A stretch of DNA of 64,000 bases from Hydrolagus colliei (taxonomy: Eukaryota): the NCBI GenBank assembly GCA_035084275.1, contig CM068743.1, forward strand, positions 18,538,001 to 18,602,000, written 5' to 3'. This document shows, piece by piece, positions 63,901 to 64,000 of the stretch. Numbering within the stretch: the stretch's first letter is position 1; every line of letters begins with the position of its first letter. The notes under the pieces are model-generated. The model ran no database searches and had not been told where the DNA came from. It saw only the letters and a program-made list of their open reading frames with translations. Made by a program: the position numbers and the translations under genes.

Positions 63901-64000
63901 TCAGTGTAGCAGAGATTATATGTGTGAGACTAGAACGAAGCTGCTGATTTGTGGAAGCTGTTTGACTTCACGTTGAAAGCACTCAGTGCAGCATTTTTCT

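Noticed and set aside
60270-64000. Next KIAA1217 coding exon (e.g. acceptors near 60417, 60513, 61412)
   Set aside because: None gives a recognisable in-frame family peptide. The exon probably lies beyond the window.

Overview
Eukaryotic (vertebrate) genomic DNA, not prokaryotic. The repeat content (CR1 and L2 LINEs, Deu-domain SINEs, an abundant tRNA-headed SINE with an (ATT)n tail) suggests a cartilaginous fish, possibly a chimaera; this is inference. The window covers the middle of one large + strand gene, KIAA1217 / Sickle tail (SRCIN1/p140Cap paralog). I traced 11 GT-AG exons (7974-60269) whose splice phases chain into 2601 nt, or 867 codons, with no stop. The exons before and after were not found in the window. 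The introns hold LINE and SINE relics plus non-autonomous DNA transposons (Tc1/mariner-pogo MITEs with TA target-site duplications (TSDs), hAT MITEs with 8-bp TSDs), several nested in one another. Most notable: a Penelope-type inverted repeat with two decayed hammerhead-ribozyme cores, a perfect 49-bp inverted repeat just after an exon, a hAT MITE family whose C-rich minisatellite expanded about 7-fold in one copy, a SINE inserted 8 nt from a splice donor, and a cluster of candidate unannotated micro-exons in the 18.6-kb intron. No novel multi-gene system can be supported. Repeat boundaries without TIRs or TSDs are approximate.
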